Assembly: GCA_020536535.1 (NCBI GenBank)
Contig: JAHLWZ010000822.1
Span: forward strand, 45,337-109,336
Reading direction: 5' to 3'
Length of the DNA stretch: 64,000 bases
DNA from: Pelomyxa schiedti
Lineage: Eukaryota; Protista; Evosea
In this document: positions 51,601 to 63,715 of the stretch, one piece after another
Layout: every line of letters begins with the position of its first letter
How positions within the stretch are numbered: position 1 is the first letter of the stretch
The notes under the pieces: generated by a model
Told to the model about the DNA's origin: nothing
The model's input: only the letters and a program-made list of their open reading frames with translations
Database searches by the model: none
Position numbers and translations under genes: made by a program

Positions 51601-54600
51601 TGTTTTAAAAAAAAACCCTGATATTCGCAGTTAAAGGATGTGGCCCTCGGTCAATAGAAATTCTCCTTAATGGAGAGCTAATTGATACTGTTGCAGAGGA
51701 TAAAACTGAGTACACAATCCGTACAACAATCCTCAACTCAGAAGTACACCCACTTTTCAAAATCCTCCAATTAACAAAGCTAGGGTTCTTACAATTGGAC
51801 CCTTATTGCTTATGACGGAGATAAGTCAACCAAAAACGGAGTTTACTCATTTTCTGTGTGCATCTCTGTTCCCCCTTCTGCTCCAGGACTCGACTCTCTG
51901 CTTCCTGGTTGGTACCCAGGTCTTTTCACACCCGCACTCATACCCTGTTTAAGTTGATGGATCCCATCTGTCTTTGGATGATGCAGTATTGAGCTGGCAT
52001 GACGCCAGTATGGATTGGGGAAGCTCAAGCTGTGGAGTGCTCGAGAAGAAGTACTATCTCTACCTCGGGACAAGCCCTTCCAACTTGACCCTTCTTGCCG
52101 TTTTAGCAGATACCACTACAAGGTGGGGCTAATTTTCACCTTCGGAATTCCCTGCGCTAACATGTCCGATTTGCAGTTATTCTCTTAAAAGCAATCGAAC
52201 CTTTATAGAAACTAGTAGTTCCTTCCTTTGGTTTTGGAACGTCATACCGAGCAATAGTCCTTCCATACTATCTACAGCAAGTTCCACGCAATCCCTGTGG
52301 TTGTGCACGTCAATAAACCCTTCAATTCCTCGCCTAGTGTCTCCTGTTCCCGCCAGTTCTATTGGTTTGCCAGCCCTTTTGGAGTGGGACGAGATCTCTT
52401 TTGGAGAAGATTGCATTGGCCAAGAAGTCTACTATTTACTTTTCATTGGACCCTCCACAGCTGATCTCCAATCAGTTGCGGAACTGCCGGCTTATGCTAC
52501 CTCATACCTTCTGGAAAATTACACTACTGGTACTCCACTCAGTTGGCTAAGGACTTATTAACCTAGCCCAGGACAAACGTATTGGAAAATTTCCAAAATA
52601 TCTCCGCTGGCAATAGTTCCGAGCGCCGTAGAATAGTATTTCTTTTTTCACCAGTATTGTCTGTAATTAACGTTCCCAGTTTCTATGTATGCACACCAGG
52701 CATTCCTGATGCGCCAGTCCCCACCCCGTCTTTGACTGCTGGTGTCTTAGTAGCCCCTGTCACCCTCTCATGGTCTCGGCCAAATATGGGCTCATGTGCG
52801 CCTTTTCCTTATTGGTTTTTTGCCTAATTTTATTCCCATAAGGTTCTGGTGAAGAATCTTATAATGTCTTCATCACCAAGGGGTCTGTTCCCCAGTATCG
52901 TGCTACAACCACAAATTTGAGCTTCACTTTTTCCTTCGATTCTGTTGATATTACTCTAACATCTGGGACTTACTACTGGTCCGTTCAGGTACGCATTTAC
53001 CTGCTCATATCCACCCCTCATTAACATCCAGGCCAACAATGGCTACTTTACCAGTGCCTTAAGTAAAAAACAACAAATTGAGATTTGTGTGCCGTCACCA
53101 CCACCCAAGCCTGTTTTGATATCTCCACCCGATGGAGCCGAGGACGAGCCACAAAATATTACGTTCCATGTTGCTCCCACTATTTCTTGGGGAGAGTCGT
53201 GTGGTGTTAATCCCGGTGCTGCTGAATATAGGGTTTGTCCCACCTCTTTTTACACTTACTAACCAGGGAGCACAGCTATTGACTGGTTTGGAAACACTTG
53301 ACACTGACTCCCCTGTTTCTGTGGCAGGGACCACCGCCCCTAACAGTGAAACTGGGACTATCACATTCGCGGTTTGGTCACACCCTACTTCTTGGTCCAT
53401 GACCCTTTGATAAAGGTTACACTGCAAATGGCAACCTGGGTGTGGAGTGTTGATTATGCCAATGACTACGGTCTCACCAATCGTGCGGCACAACGATATG
53501 TTGATGTGTGTCAAGAATATCTTCCAACCGCCCCTACACCCCTTACTCCTGAATCTGGTGATAAAAATATCACAACATTCGGTCAGTGTCCCATCACAAT
53601 ATGTGCATCATTCTTACGAAAACTAGAACCCGTTTTAACCTGGCTAGAATTGAAGTCTACCGATTTCGGCAAAGTTTGTTCTTCTGTACAGTCTGTTGCT
53701 CAGATCGAACTTTACTTTGGTGTCGGGGGCTCATGGGTGACTGGAAATGAATCTTCTTTACCCCACGTCTGGAGTGGTGTGCCCTCTGCCACATCCTACA
53801 AATTTGATGGTGTGTGATTATTATTTTTTCCTAGAAATAATTTCCTTACAGCTTTAAATGTGTCTACTGTCTACACTTGGCAACTTGCCGCCTACAACGG
53901 CTACCATCGCACGATGTCGCCTATCTTTAACTTTACCACGCGAACCACTGATTGCTCTCTCGTCAACTGTACCTTTGGTAAGGGACTTTGTGACAAGGCA
54001 ACTGCTATTTGTGTGTGTTTGCCTGGATGGCACGGGCCCTCCTGTGACATTGAAGACTCGACTTCTACTGAAGCTGAAGGACTTCCAAGTATTTTGAGTT
54101 AATTAGGTTGTTCTTTAAATTCATCTTTCATAGAGTGGGTCATTGCCATTATAGCTGTTGGCTCAGTACTTGTTGCACTCGTTGGTGCAGCTGTTATTGC
54201 AATAATACTGGTTCGGAAAGTGAGAGCTCGCCAGCGTTATACTATCAAGCCTCCGGACTTCGATGAAATCAAGTTTTCACCCGTGAAGGAGCCCATGTTC
54301 TTTATCCCAGAGCAGGAGAACTTCCCTGTGGCATTAATGGAACAGGTAAAATGCCTTGCAGGAATCCCACGGACTAAGAAAAATCCAGTTCCTTTTCGGA
54401 AGTGATAACATGAAACCAATATGGGACCTATGTAAACTCACAGCAGTGACGGAGGCGGATACTGTTGCCAAAGCATTGGTGTATGCCTCAGAGCGCCGAA
54501 AGCAAGGTTATCTTTTTTCTTGAAGCATTGCCATTAACATTCTACAGGCTTACCCCTTCTCACCATGTTGATATCAAACGAAGTAGATGAAGCAAATTCC

Positions 54601-55734
54601 CCAGAAGCATTATTCCGCGCCAACAGTTTTGCTACCAAGGCACTTAGCTCATCTTCCCTGCTTCCTTAACTTTCATAGGCCTTCAAATACTACTCTAAAA
54701 TGATTGGCCTTCCATATGTTTTCAAAACACTAGCAGTTCTTCTACAAGGCTTGATACGAGACCTTGAAGGTTTTTGCGCTCCACCATTCTTTTTCCCGGC
54801 TGAATAAATTAAGATACGGAGGAAGAACAAAAGAGAAAAGATGAGGAAGCTGGGTCTGGTGAGGTTTCATCTGTCAAGTTGTTCAATGCTCAGTATGAGT
54901 TGGACCCCGACAAGATTGGGGACATAGAGGATGCAAGCATAAACGTTCTCACACTGGAGTTCTCATGTCAGAAGTTCATTGTGCAAATTACTCGATCAGC
55001 TCCCAATTGCCCAGGGTGAGGCTTAACCTTCGATTTCATTCTGTTCATCTTTTCCAAGGGAGTTCAAACGTCTTTGTGCACACATTAGGGAGATCGTTGA
55101 AGCTAAATTCCCCCCTTATGTGTACAAGGCCATTGGTGCCTTTATATTCCTTCGCTTCTACAACACAGCCATCACCGTACCTGAGAACTACGGGCTTATG
55201 ACAGGTTAATCATCAAAAAGGAAATAAACCTAGTTTCTAACTTGGAGGGGGAAAAAACAGAGCCACCAGGGCCTGTTGCCCGAAGACAGTTGATCATGCT
55301 GTCAAAGGTCCTACAGAATCTGTCCAATGGTGTAAAATTTGGTGACAAGGAAGAGTTTATGAAGAAGTTGAATAGATTCATAGATACAAACGCACAGCCA
55401 CTGCTAAAGTTTTTCGACAGACTTTGTGTAAGCATTGTCCATCCCCGAATACCGCTTGCTAATGCCTCAACCCATACAGGACAAAGATGCACCACTGGCT
55501 GGTGATGTGGTTATAACCGACGAAATGTACCACGCCTGCATCGCCACACTCTTCAACCAGCTGTGTGTCATTAATCAGGACTCGACAGCCAAGCTCGACT
55601 CGCTCAATCTCCCGCCGGAGATTGTGGCGTGTGTCAGAGCCGGCGGCCAGAAAAAGAAGAAGCACCGCCACCATCACAACGAGGAACAACCTCTCATTAC
55701 AAGCGCCACTTCAACACAACCAACCGACGGGTAA
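48615..55734 (+). CDS. Single-pass receptor-like protein: signal peptide, ~13 FN3-like repeats, EGF, TM helix, cytoplasmic RasGAP domain
   Basis: MANARTAITTLFIVSTLFG leader; repeats ending Y.W.V.A.NG; CVCLPGWHGPSC; TM WVIAIIAVGSVLVALVGAAVIAIILV then RKVRAR; LFRANSFATK, FLRFYNTAI, RRQLIMLSKVLQNLSNGVKFGDKEEFM. Confidence 0.85.
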
Positions 55735-55896
55735 TAAGAAACATCTTACGTTGTAAAAAAAAACTCCAATGTTTATTCGTTAGGAAACTCTGTTTAAGGT
55801 TATATTGTTCACTGTTTACTTATGACAACGACGGGTTTTGGGTGCCTAAAGGAGTCCCAGCATAGAGACGTTCTAAAGTACAGAATCAAATGTTGT

Positions 55897-58800
55897 CTAA
55901 GTGGCCACAGGTCTTTTCCATTGGGTGGCCTTGGTTGTTGGATTGTAGTAGTACTTTCTGCCTGATGCATCCTTCACTTCTCTCCAACCGGGAGAAAGAG
56001 GCTATTTATTCGTATGAGCACAATCTCTATTGTTACGTTATGTACAAAGCTTACCGCGTTTTCATCCACAACTTCCTCTTCAGACTCTGATTCGGTATCT
56101 GATTCTGAGTCACTTTTGTCGTCATCCACTACCTCCTCCCCAGGCTTGGCAAAACAGGGAGGAGGATTCCACTGAGTAACTCGGGTAAGTTTGTTCCAGT
56201 AATATTTCCGCCCCGTGTTAGCATCAACGCATTCCTTCCACCCGTCATTGGGAAGGCTTGTGGGGGCTGCTTGGGAGGGTGTCGCAGTAGGTGTGGGATT
56301 GGATGCAGGGGTTTTTGTTATGGTGGTGTCGATGGGTGTTGATTTCAGTGTGGGTGTGGCTGCAGCTGCTGGGGTTACTGTTGCTGTGGGTGGGGCTGCA
56401 GCTGCTGGGGTTACTGTTGCTGTGGGTGTGGGTGTGGCTGCCACTGTGGATGTAGGTGTGGTGGCTGTGGGTGTGGAGGTTGTTTGCGCTGGAGTGGAAG
56501 TGCGAGTCGGTGTGCTTGTAGAAGTAGACGTTGTAGAAGGGGAGGTTGATGGAAGGGTGTGCGTTGAAGACGTGGACGGCGATGTAGAGGTTGATGTGGA
56601 GGGAGATGCAGCCATGAGCGCCGAGGAGGAAGTTGATGCAGAAATAGATATGGGTGCTGATGTTGATGGTACAGAAGCTGAGGATCCTGCAAGCTTTGCT
56701 CCAGTTATGCCAACTCCACGCCTCTCCTTAAGTAAGTCTAACAGACGGTTTAATCTGGAGTCCCGAATTTAGGCAGTTCAATGCAAATGTCAACTTATTC
56801 ATACTTTGGAGGCCAGTAGTCGATGGAACTATCACCATCTGCAACCATTGCCCATTCGCGCGTTGGCGTGATTAGTGTCATCTCTAATTTTCCTGGCTTT
56901 TTAGCCACTTGGACCTGGCCTTCAACTTCTCGCAAATCTATTGTACCCTATTTTGTGCTTTCAGAATACCGCAAGTTGAAAAAGGTAATACCTTCAGTGT
57001 CTTCTTGGAAGTATTTGGGGATGTATGATACGACAAAGTGAATAGCTGAAAATAAATCAGCTTCAAAAATATTAACAACGATCATACGTCTTCGACAGTG
57101 TTGCAGAACCACCTCTTTTTCCAGTTTTTAGCCCCGCCTTTGCCTCCCCCAAGTTTAACTAGCCACCCTGAAACGATATATTCTTTATCATTAACAGTCT
57201 TATCCCCATCCTTGACACCTTAGAAATAAAGGATGTCAAAGAAAAGGTGTTACACACAGTTGGACCCTCAGTTGCAACATTGCCCCTCATATGCTGGAAT
57301 TTTACGTGAAGCTTTTTATGTATGTCAGACTAGAAGTACTTAGTTGCTTCAAGAAAGTCCGTCGTGGATACACACATCAAATACTTCCTTTAAATGTGAA
57401 AGCCATTTGTTCAACTGGTCTTCATTCTCAGCAAGTAAGAAATAGGGTCTCATGCTTAGGTCATTTGCATTGTATATCTTGAAGGAGTGCTGCTTGCCTG
57501 AGTCAGTCGCTTTCACAGCCGTTGAGTATTGGGCAAGATCAATTTCACAGGCAGCTGTTTTGTCCTAAATTAATTTAATTTTTCTTTTTTTTTTTAAATC
57601 AGTTGCTCACTGTCTTTGATTGGTAATACTGAAGAATACAATCCTTAGAAAAATCCTTTAGAACAAACCACCTTTTTTGCCATAGTTTCCCTGTGCTAGC
57701 CTGTTTCTTCAACCAACCACAGAATTTTGCCTTTTTTGTGTAATGGCCGTTAGGATAATTCCAAAATCGGTTGCATACCCCTTCAGGAAGGTCATTTGCG
57801 ACCTTAGTACTGGTCTGAGTTGGAATTGGAGATGCCGATGGTGTAGTAACCGGGGCTGAGGCAGACGAATTACTTGTGGTGTCCTTTTTTGAGGTGTCTT
57901 CGTCGTCTGGGAAGTTGGGTGCTTCGTCATCTGGTGAGTCAGGCTCTTCATCAGAGTCTTTTGTCTTGTCAGCAGATTTGGCTGTTGCACTTTCAGCTGT
58001 TGTACTTTCCCCCGAGGCGTTCTTATCCAGTTTTTCTATTGCCTGGCCCTCATCTGAATCGGGTTGCTCCCCGTCATCACGCTTCTCATCTGTGTCATTA
58101 GCAGAATCATTTTTTGAAGAGGTTGCGGTTTTTTCAGCGTGTTTCTTGTCTTCTTCAGAATCAGACATATTTTTCTTTGGAGGAAGAGCAGGCAAACTAT
58201 GCTGGGGAACGGGAGGCGCAGATGGAGCAGGACTACGAGCTGGAGGTTCAGATGGAGTTGAATCGGGGTGCGTGGAAGCCAAGGAAGGACTTGAACCATG
58301 TTCATGGGCTTTGCTTGGTTCATTGGTTTCCCCAGTAGCATTGCCATGACTGGTATCATGCTCACGATGGTGAGATGACTTGTGATGCTTTCCTTCGTTC
58401 TTGGAGCTATCAGCCTTTAAGTCACTGGGCTCAGCCGTGGCCCCACCTTCTTCGGCCGGTGTTGCGGTAGCGGGTGTCTTATCTTTGGGTTTGTCTGTTT
58501 TGTCTTTGTGATGAGAAGAGTGGTGGTGCGCGGAAGAGTGCCCATCCTTTTTCTCGCCGTCTTTCTTGTCCTTTTTATCCGCGCCGTCTTTCTTCGCACC
58601 GTGGTCTCTGTGTCGAGACGACGAATGCGCTGCTTTGGGTGTAGTAGAAGCTGCAATAGCGTCGGCTTCGGCAGTCACTACGCTTGTTGAATCGGCCGGC
58701 TCCCCGCCGTTTGCGTTTGGCTCCGAGGTAGAGGTAGTAGCAGTAGCAGTAGTATTGCTCGGATCGCCTCCAGACGGTACGGGATCTCGCGGTTTGTGCG

Positions 58801-58933
58801 CGTGTTTGTGCGAGTGACCGCCGTGTTTGCTGTGAGATTTGTGTTTGTTTGGCGGTGGTGGCGGCTCCGTATTGGCGTCACCCCCTTCTGTCGTCGTAAG
58901 ATCTTCTTGCGGCTTCGGATCTTCGTCCGCCAT
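55897..58933 (-). CDS. Adaptor with disordered N-terminus, two PH domains and two WW domains
   Basis: FCGWLKKQ..WQKRWFVL; SGWLVKLGG..NWKKRWF; LPNDGWKECVD..GRKYYWN..TQWNPP; PGWREVKDASGRKYYYNPTTKATQWKRP. Confidence 0.88.
56358..56428. repeat. 36-bp tandem duplication (PTATVTPAAAA x2 on the minus strand)
   Basis: gctgcagctgctggggttactgttgctgtgggtg occurs twice. Confidence 0.85.
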
Positions 58934-59154
58934 TACGCCTCGACGTTCGGCACTGAACTCTAGCGGTTTTTTTACCCTTTAAAACACAATCGATTCTCAG
59001 AAGATGATTAGGCTGGCATCTGAAGAACCCCAAGAAAACAGTAAGCAGGTCTCTGCAGGCGCAAAACGCCACATGCTCCCAAAAACTTGCAGGCTGCTTC
59101 AGACTTCTGTCTCAGTGTTCCACGATTGCAGGCAATCAATTCATCAGAATTCCG

Positions 59155-59889
59155 TGAATGGAAGATTGAGCAATGTTCTAAGAGGGGTACTTCTTCAAAA
59201 TTTGATCTTGTGGTTTACAAGGTGGGGCAGAATTGAAAAAAAATAAAGGGAACAACCACTAAAAGTGACATCTGCACTATTTGGAAGAATTTAGAGGACC
59301 TGTACACAGGAGCTCTTATCTTCCTAGAAAAAATTGAACCAATGATTTATTCCCATAGTCCTTGGCTTACCAAGGAAAATAGTAGCCACCAAGGAACACT
59401 TGATGGCCCTCAAGAAACAAGGAGGCCTGACAACACCCTGCTAGATAAAGCACCCAATTAAGTGTTTGCACCACAAACTCCACACCACCATGGCCACAAA
59501 CAGGCAAAATTTAGTAAGGAACCTCAACACCTTTTGGGTTTACCAAACAACCATTTCTTACTGCAGTTACCAAATTACTCAGCTCAATATTACTAGGTCT
59601 TTGCTTCTAGAACAGAATAACAGGACAATAGGCTGCTCATACCACAGAGAGCAATGTGCATTATAAACCAAGAAGTCCTCAACTTTATGCAGCCTGTCTA
59701 GAACTCAGGGATCCACAGGTTCTACCACTCATTTCCTGCAATCAAGTTCACCTTCAAACTCATTGAAGTGGTTTTTGTATGCTGCTCCACTTCTCAAAGC
59801 AGTGTGCTTGATGCATGGAATCCTATGGAAAACAAGAAAGCCACAGAGTGAAAACAACTAGTCACAGTGAGATCCAAAACCAACAGGTG
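59155..59889 (-). pseudogene. CpG-free degenerate element or pseudogene relic
   Basis: No CG dinucleotide over ~735 bp; a minus-strand protein-like frame is broken by TGA stops. Confidence 0.4.
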
Positions 59890-60069
59890 CGGAATTATTT
59901 CAGAGACAAGCAAGCTACAATCAATAACTCCCTCGTACTCTCCTACAGTACACCAGCAGAGCGGGACAAAATAACCACCACAAAGGCCGTAACGTTAACG
60001 TTTCTCCCTTTTCCAGAGCTTGAGTTTACGGACGTTACCATTCACCGAAAGCCATCAATCTCTGAAAGA

Positions 60070-61656
60070 ATGAAAGACGAACTCGAACGCAAGCTTCGTC
60101 GCCGATTCCAGCAGTTCCCCTGGCGCCAGTCGTCGTCCCCATCGCAGAATTCTTCGCTGGGCGGCTCATCCCCGGCCTCGATCCCCGGCCACGTGCGGCG
60201 CCGGCGGGCCGCCGCCAGCAGCAGCCAGTCCCCGACGAGGACGACGGCCGCCTCAGGGGGAGGAGGGGGCGCAAGGGCGCGGGGCCTGTACCGCCCCGCC
60301 CAGTCCCAGTCCCCCTCCTTGTCCCTGTCCATGCCCCTGTCCCCGTCCCCGTCCTCGTCGGCCCCTTTGGACTTCGACTCGAACACCGCCGCCGGCGTCG
60401 GCAACGACCCCAGGGCTTTCCCTCGCGAAAACCAACTTGGTTCCGGCGCTGGGTGCGGCGGCGGCGGTGGCGAGTACTACGACTACGACGAGGACGCCGA
60501 GCACGAGGCAATTATGCGACTCGTGGACGACATCCCGCCTCCCGCCATATTAAGCGACGACGACGCCGAGCACGAATCTGGCTTGGACTACATCCCGCCT
60601 CCTCCTGAGAGTGTCGGTTCGCCGCCTAGCGACGGTTCGTTTTCGTTTTCGGCTTCGTCGCATTCGCCGAATGGCGGTGGTCCTTACGACCCTTGTACTA
60701 ACTCAAATCCTACAATGGCACCTACAACGACGACTAGGACTACAACCACTACAACTTCTACTGCTAGTGCTAATACTTCTGCAAGGTGGGATTCTGCTGG
60801 AAGTAGGGGAAATTTGAGGGGTAGCCGTAGTTCACTCCAGGTGGATGGTGTGAGCAGGAATGTGATTACTGGTGTTTGGTGGTTGGCCTTGATAGTCACT
60901 GCTGCGATTTGGGCCTGGGCTTTCTGGGGTTACTCCCCAAGGATGTGGTTCTCGGCAAGTTTGGCTGGATTCTTCATAGCAGCTTCCTTGTTTTTGTATC
61001 CTACAAGATGTGATGACCCCGATTTAGATTCTTTGAAAGGTCTGCAAACCTTTTACCCTGTCTCAGTACAAACCAAGTTTCTCATACTAAGACTAAGACT
61101 GGATGCGATCTGGCTTTCACTGTACAAGGAAAAAGCTTTGCGATAGCTCGTCTGAATGTCACCACCAACGCGAAAGAAAGGCACCACAGAATACTCATAG
61201 AGTGTACAATCACCGATACCATGAGCCACTTAGTACAACGTCAAATACAGAATTCTCTTGCCCTGTTGAAATAGAAAAAACCAAGAAACGGAAAAAGTAC
61301 CTACACCCCTCTCTGAAAAGCAAAAATCAAATACTCTTAATAAGAATATATTTACAAAAAGTTTAGAGTAAATGACTCAGGATTCCAAAAGATACTCACC
61401 CAGCCTACTTCTCCCTGAACACCCGCTTTGCTACCTCCTGCCGGTAGTTCTATCACTGAAACATTCCATCCAAAGCCACCCACTTGTTGCCCTATTGGCA
61501 CTCTTTCCACTTTGCATGGAACTATTCACAAGTCTCACGGTGGCTGCTGTTGTATCTACTGTTCTCTTCATTGCTCTGTCTCTATCCCGCACAATTGGTC
61601 GGGAATATGCTCTGCAGCGTTCCCTAACAGGAAAAAGACCCCACCAACACCAATGA
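60070..61656 (+). CDS. Hypothetical membrane protein with disordered N-terminus
   Basis: ORF from MKDELERK; hydrophobic segments VWWLALIVTAAIWAWAFW, WFSASLAGFFIAASLFL and, in the last exon, LVALLALFPL..VAAVVSTVLFIAL. Confidence 0.6.
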
Positions 61657-61735
61657 TTGCCACATTCTAAAATTGAAATTGTAAAAAGAAAAAAATAATT
61701 TTTTTTGATTTGGTTGTCATAATAATTTTAGTGGA

Positions 61736-63450
61736 TCACTCCTGGACTGTTGGCTCCATTGCTGGGGAACTGTAGTTCATACGGAGTAGGGTGCAATCAG
61801 ATCCATATGTGCATGCACCGTCATTCATGTAAAAGAATTTGGCACCTTCAGACTCCATGCCCCTCTGCATTGGTTCGTGTGTGTGACCTTTTCAATAACC
61901 ACCAGATAAATTGGGTTAGGAGAAATTAGGTGGGTTTTTTGAATTTTCTGGGACTGACCTAGAACCACGTAGGGTGCCCCCGTGTCGGCATTCACTTTTG
62001 TTGCTCGGCTATATGGATGGAAATTGAGTAATTAAATAATTGTGAAGCAAAACAAAAATCTGGTATGTAGAAATTACCATTCACCATAGTAGCATCCTGC
62101 CCATTCCTCTTTGTGCAGAGTACAAAGTGCTTTGGCCATGAATTTGTGATACAGAGAAGGTTCTGGCAGCGTTGGTTTGCGGCGCTCGACGAATCCCATC
62201 ATCAAAGCTCCTTCTATAGGGGCTTTACGCCCAGGTACAGGAAGTGCAAACAGATCCATTAATTGTTCCTATGTTTATGTGAACGAACTGAAGACATTCT
62301 ATTCTGCATAACATACAAGTGTCTTCACTTCGCCTGTGTGGGGAACAGAGACTTGCCACTGAGTCCAGCCTGGGGTGGACCGGGCACTTATATCTGTGGC
62401 AACTGCCATCACTTGTTCGTCAGAAGGGTTAATAGCCACCTGAAGTAATGAAATCTCGTGCCTAAAGTAAAGAATAGACCTTGAAGAGATCTTTAACAGC
62501 ACTAATAAAAGTCTGGTTTTTGGATTCTTGTTGGAAGCATGCATCCAGTTTTGTGATGATATAGCCCCATGGTAGTAGCCCCATTGGGTCAGATGGATTC
62601 ATTTCATGATTAAAAGTATCTCCTACATGACCGTGCTCAAGAACTGTTTTCTTTTTAGTATTATCCCATAAAACACACTGCATGAAATAGAATTAGTGAG
62701 TGGGGTTTTTTTTCGCCTTCTACCCAACTTGTTTGCAGAGTGTGAACTTGACATTGGGAAGGGCACGGCTCACATCCGTAAAGGTTACAGTCATGTCATG
62801 ATTTCCAGTTACATAAATTATGTCAACGCCTTTGACCTAATTCTGGTAAGAGCCAGATAACATTGGAGGGAAAGCCATACACTCAACGCTTGTAGAGTTA
62901 TTCGGAATTTATTGAAAGCTTCACTGAAACTAAAGTTATGGCTTGCCAGCTTGGCAAGTAATTCAACGGTCTTGGCATTGCTCACAACAAGGGTGTAAGT
63001 GGCTGGGTTGAAGGTCTCAATATCTAGAACACTCTTGAATTCAACTCCAATTGGCTATAGACTGAGTTAGAACCACAGCGAAAACAGAGAAAGAAAAAAA
63101 CTTGTGCCCAGAGATCAAAAATGTCCCCATCCATCACAACACACCTCTTGGCCTTGGTTGCTGTTCTATTTCCCATAAGTGTTCAATTCATATGACAAAA
63201 AACACACAACACAACACACACACAAAAAGGGGAAATTTTGTGGATGGACGCACTCAGTCTCCCAGCGGGCGAGTTTGTCACACAGAATCGCCATTTTTGT
63301 AAGGGGACAAGGCGGGGCAGCTGTTTCACTTTCCCAGTGTGGGAATGCACCAAGGTGCAAGTCGCTGAACACAGCAACTTCCTCGTATTGTACGTCAACC
63401 ACTTCATGTGGGGGCGTCCCTGAAGCAGAAGGAGCGGAGCAAGAGGCCAT
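61736..63450 (-). CDS. Calcineurin-like metallophosphoesterase, LpxH/YbbF-like
   Basis: All five motifs after splicing: FSDLHLG, DGDIFDLW, VTGNHD, EHGH, LGHTH, plus YMNDG. Confidence 0.85.
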
Positions 63451-63715
63451 TTTTTCCTGTTTTTTCTGTTTTCCTGCCCCTTCGAAGGGTTTTCCTCCAG
63501 CTTCTTGAATTAGCAGAAAGACCCAGCTCTGAAAGAAAGAACGCAGTTTGTTGTTGTACTGGGCTATGAGTGATGGCTGCCACAATAAGCCAAGTTGTAC
63601 CAGGAACACGAAAGAGAAGAGGGTTATTTGAGAGTTGCGGTCCACAATCGAGGAGCTGCAATCACTGAGACCAACCAGAAAGATTTTTAGAGAGAAAAAT
63701 CGAGTTGCCGTAAAA

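Noticed and set aside
41976-58994. ATCGAT palindrome upstream of several starts (41976, 48467, 58989) as a promoter element
   Set aside because: It also occurs in coding and intron sequence; too few cases to exceed chance
59815-60069. Upstream in-frame extension of ORF 59815-61146
   Set aside because: It begins inside the CpG-free relic and looks non-coding; the ATG at 60070 precedes the typical GC-rich 5' block
60070-61656. Seipin-like identity for the membrane protein
   Set aside because: Topology is loosely similar, but the inter-TM region looks too short and no diagnostic motif is present
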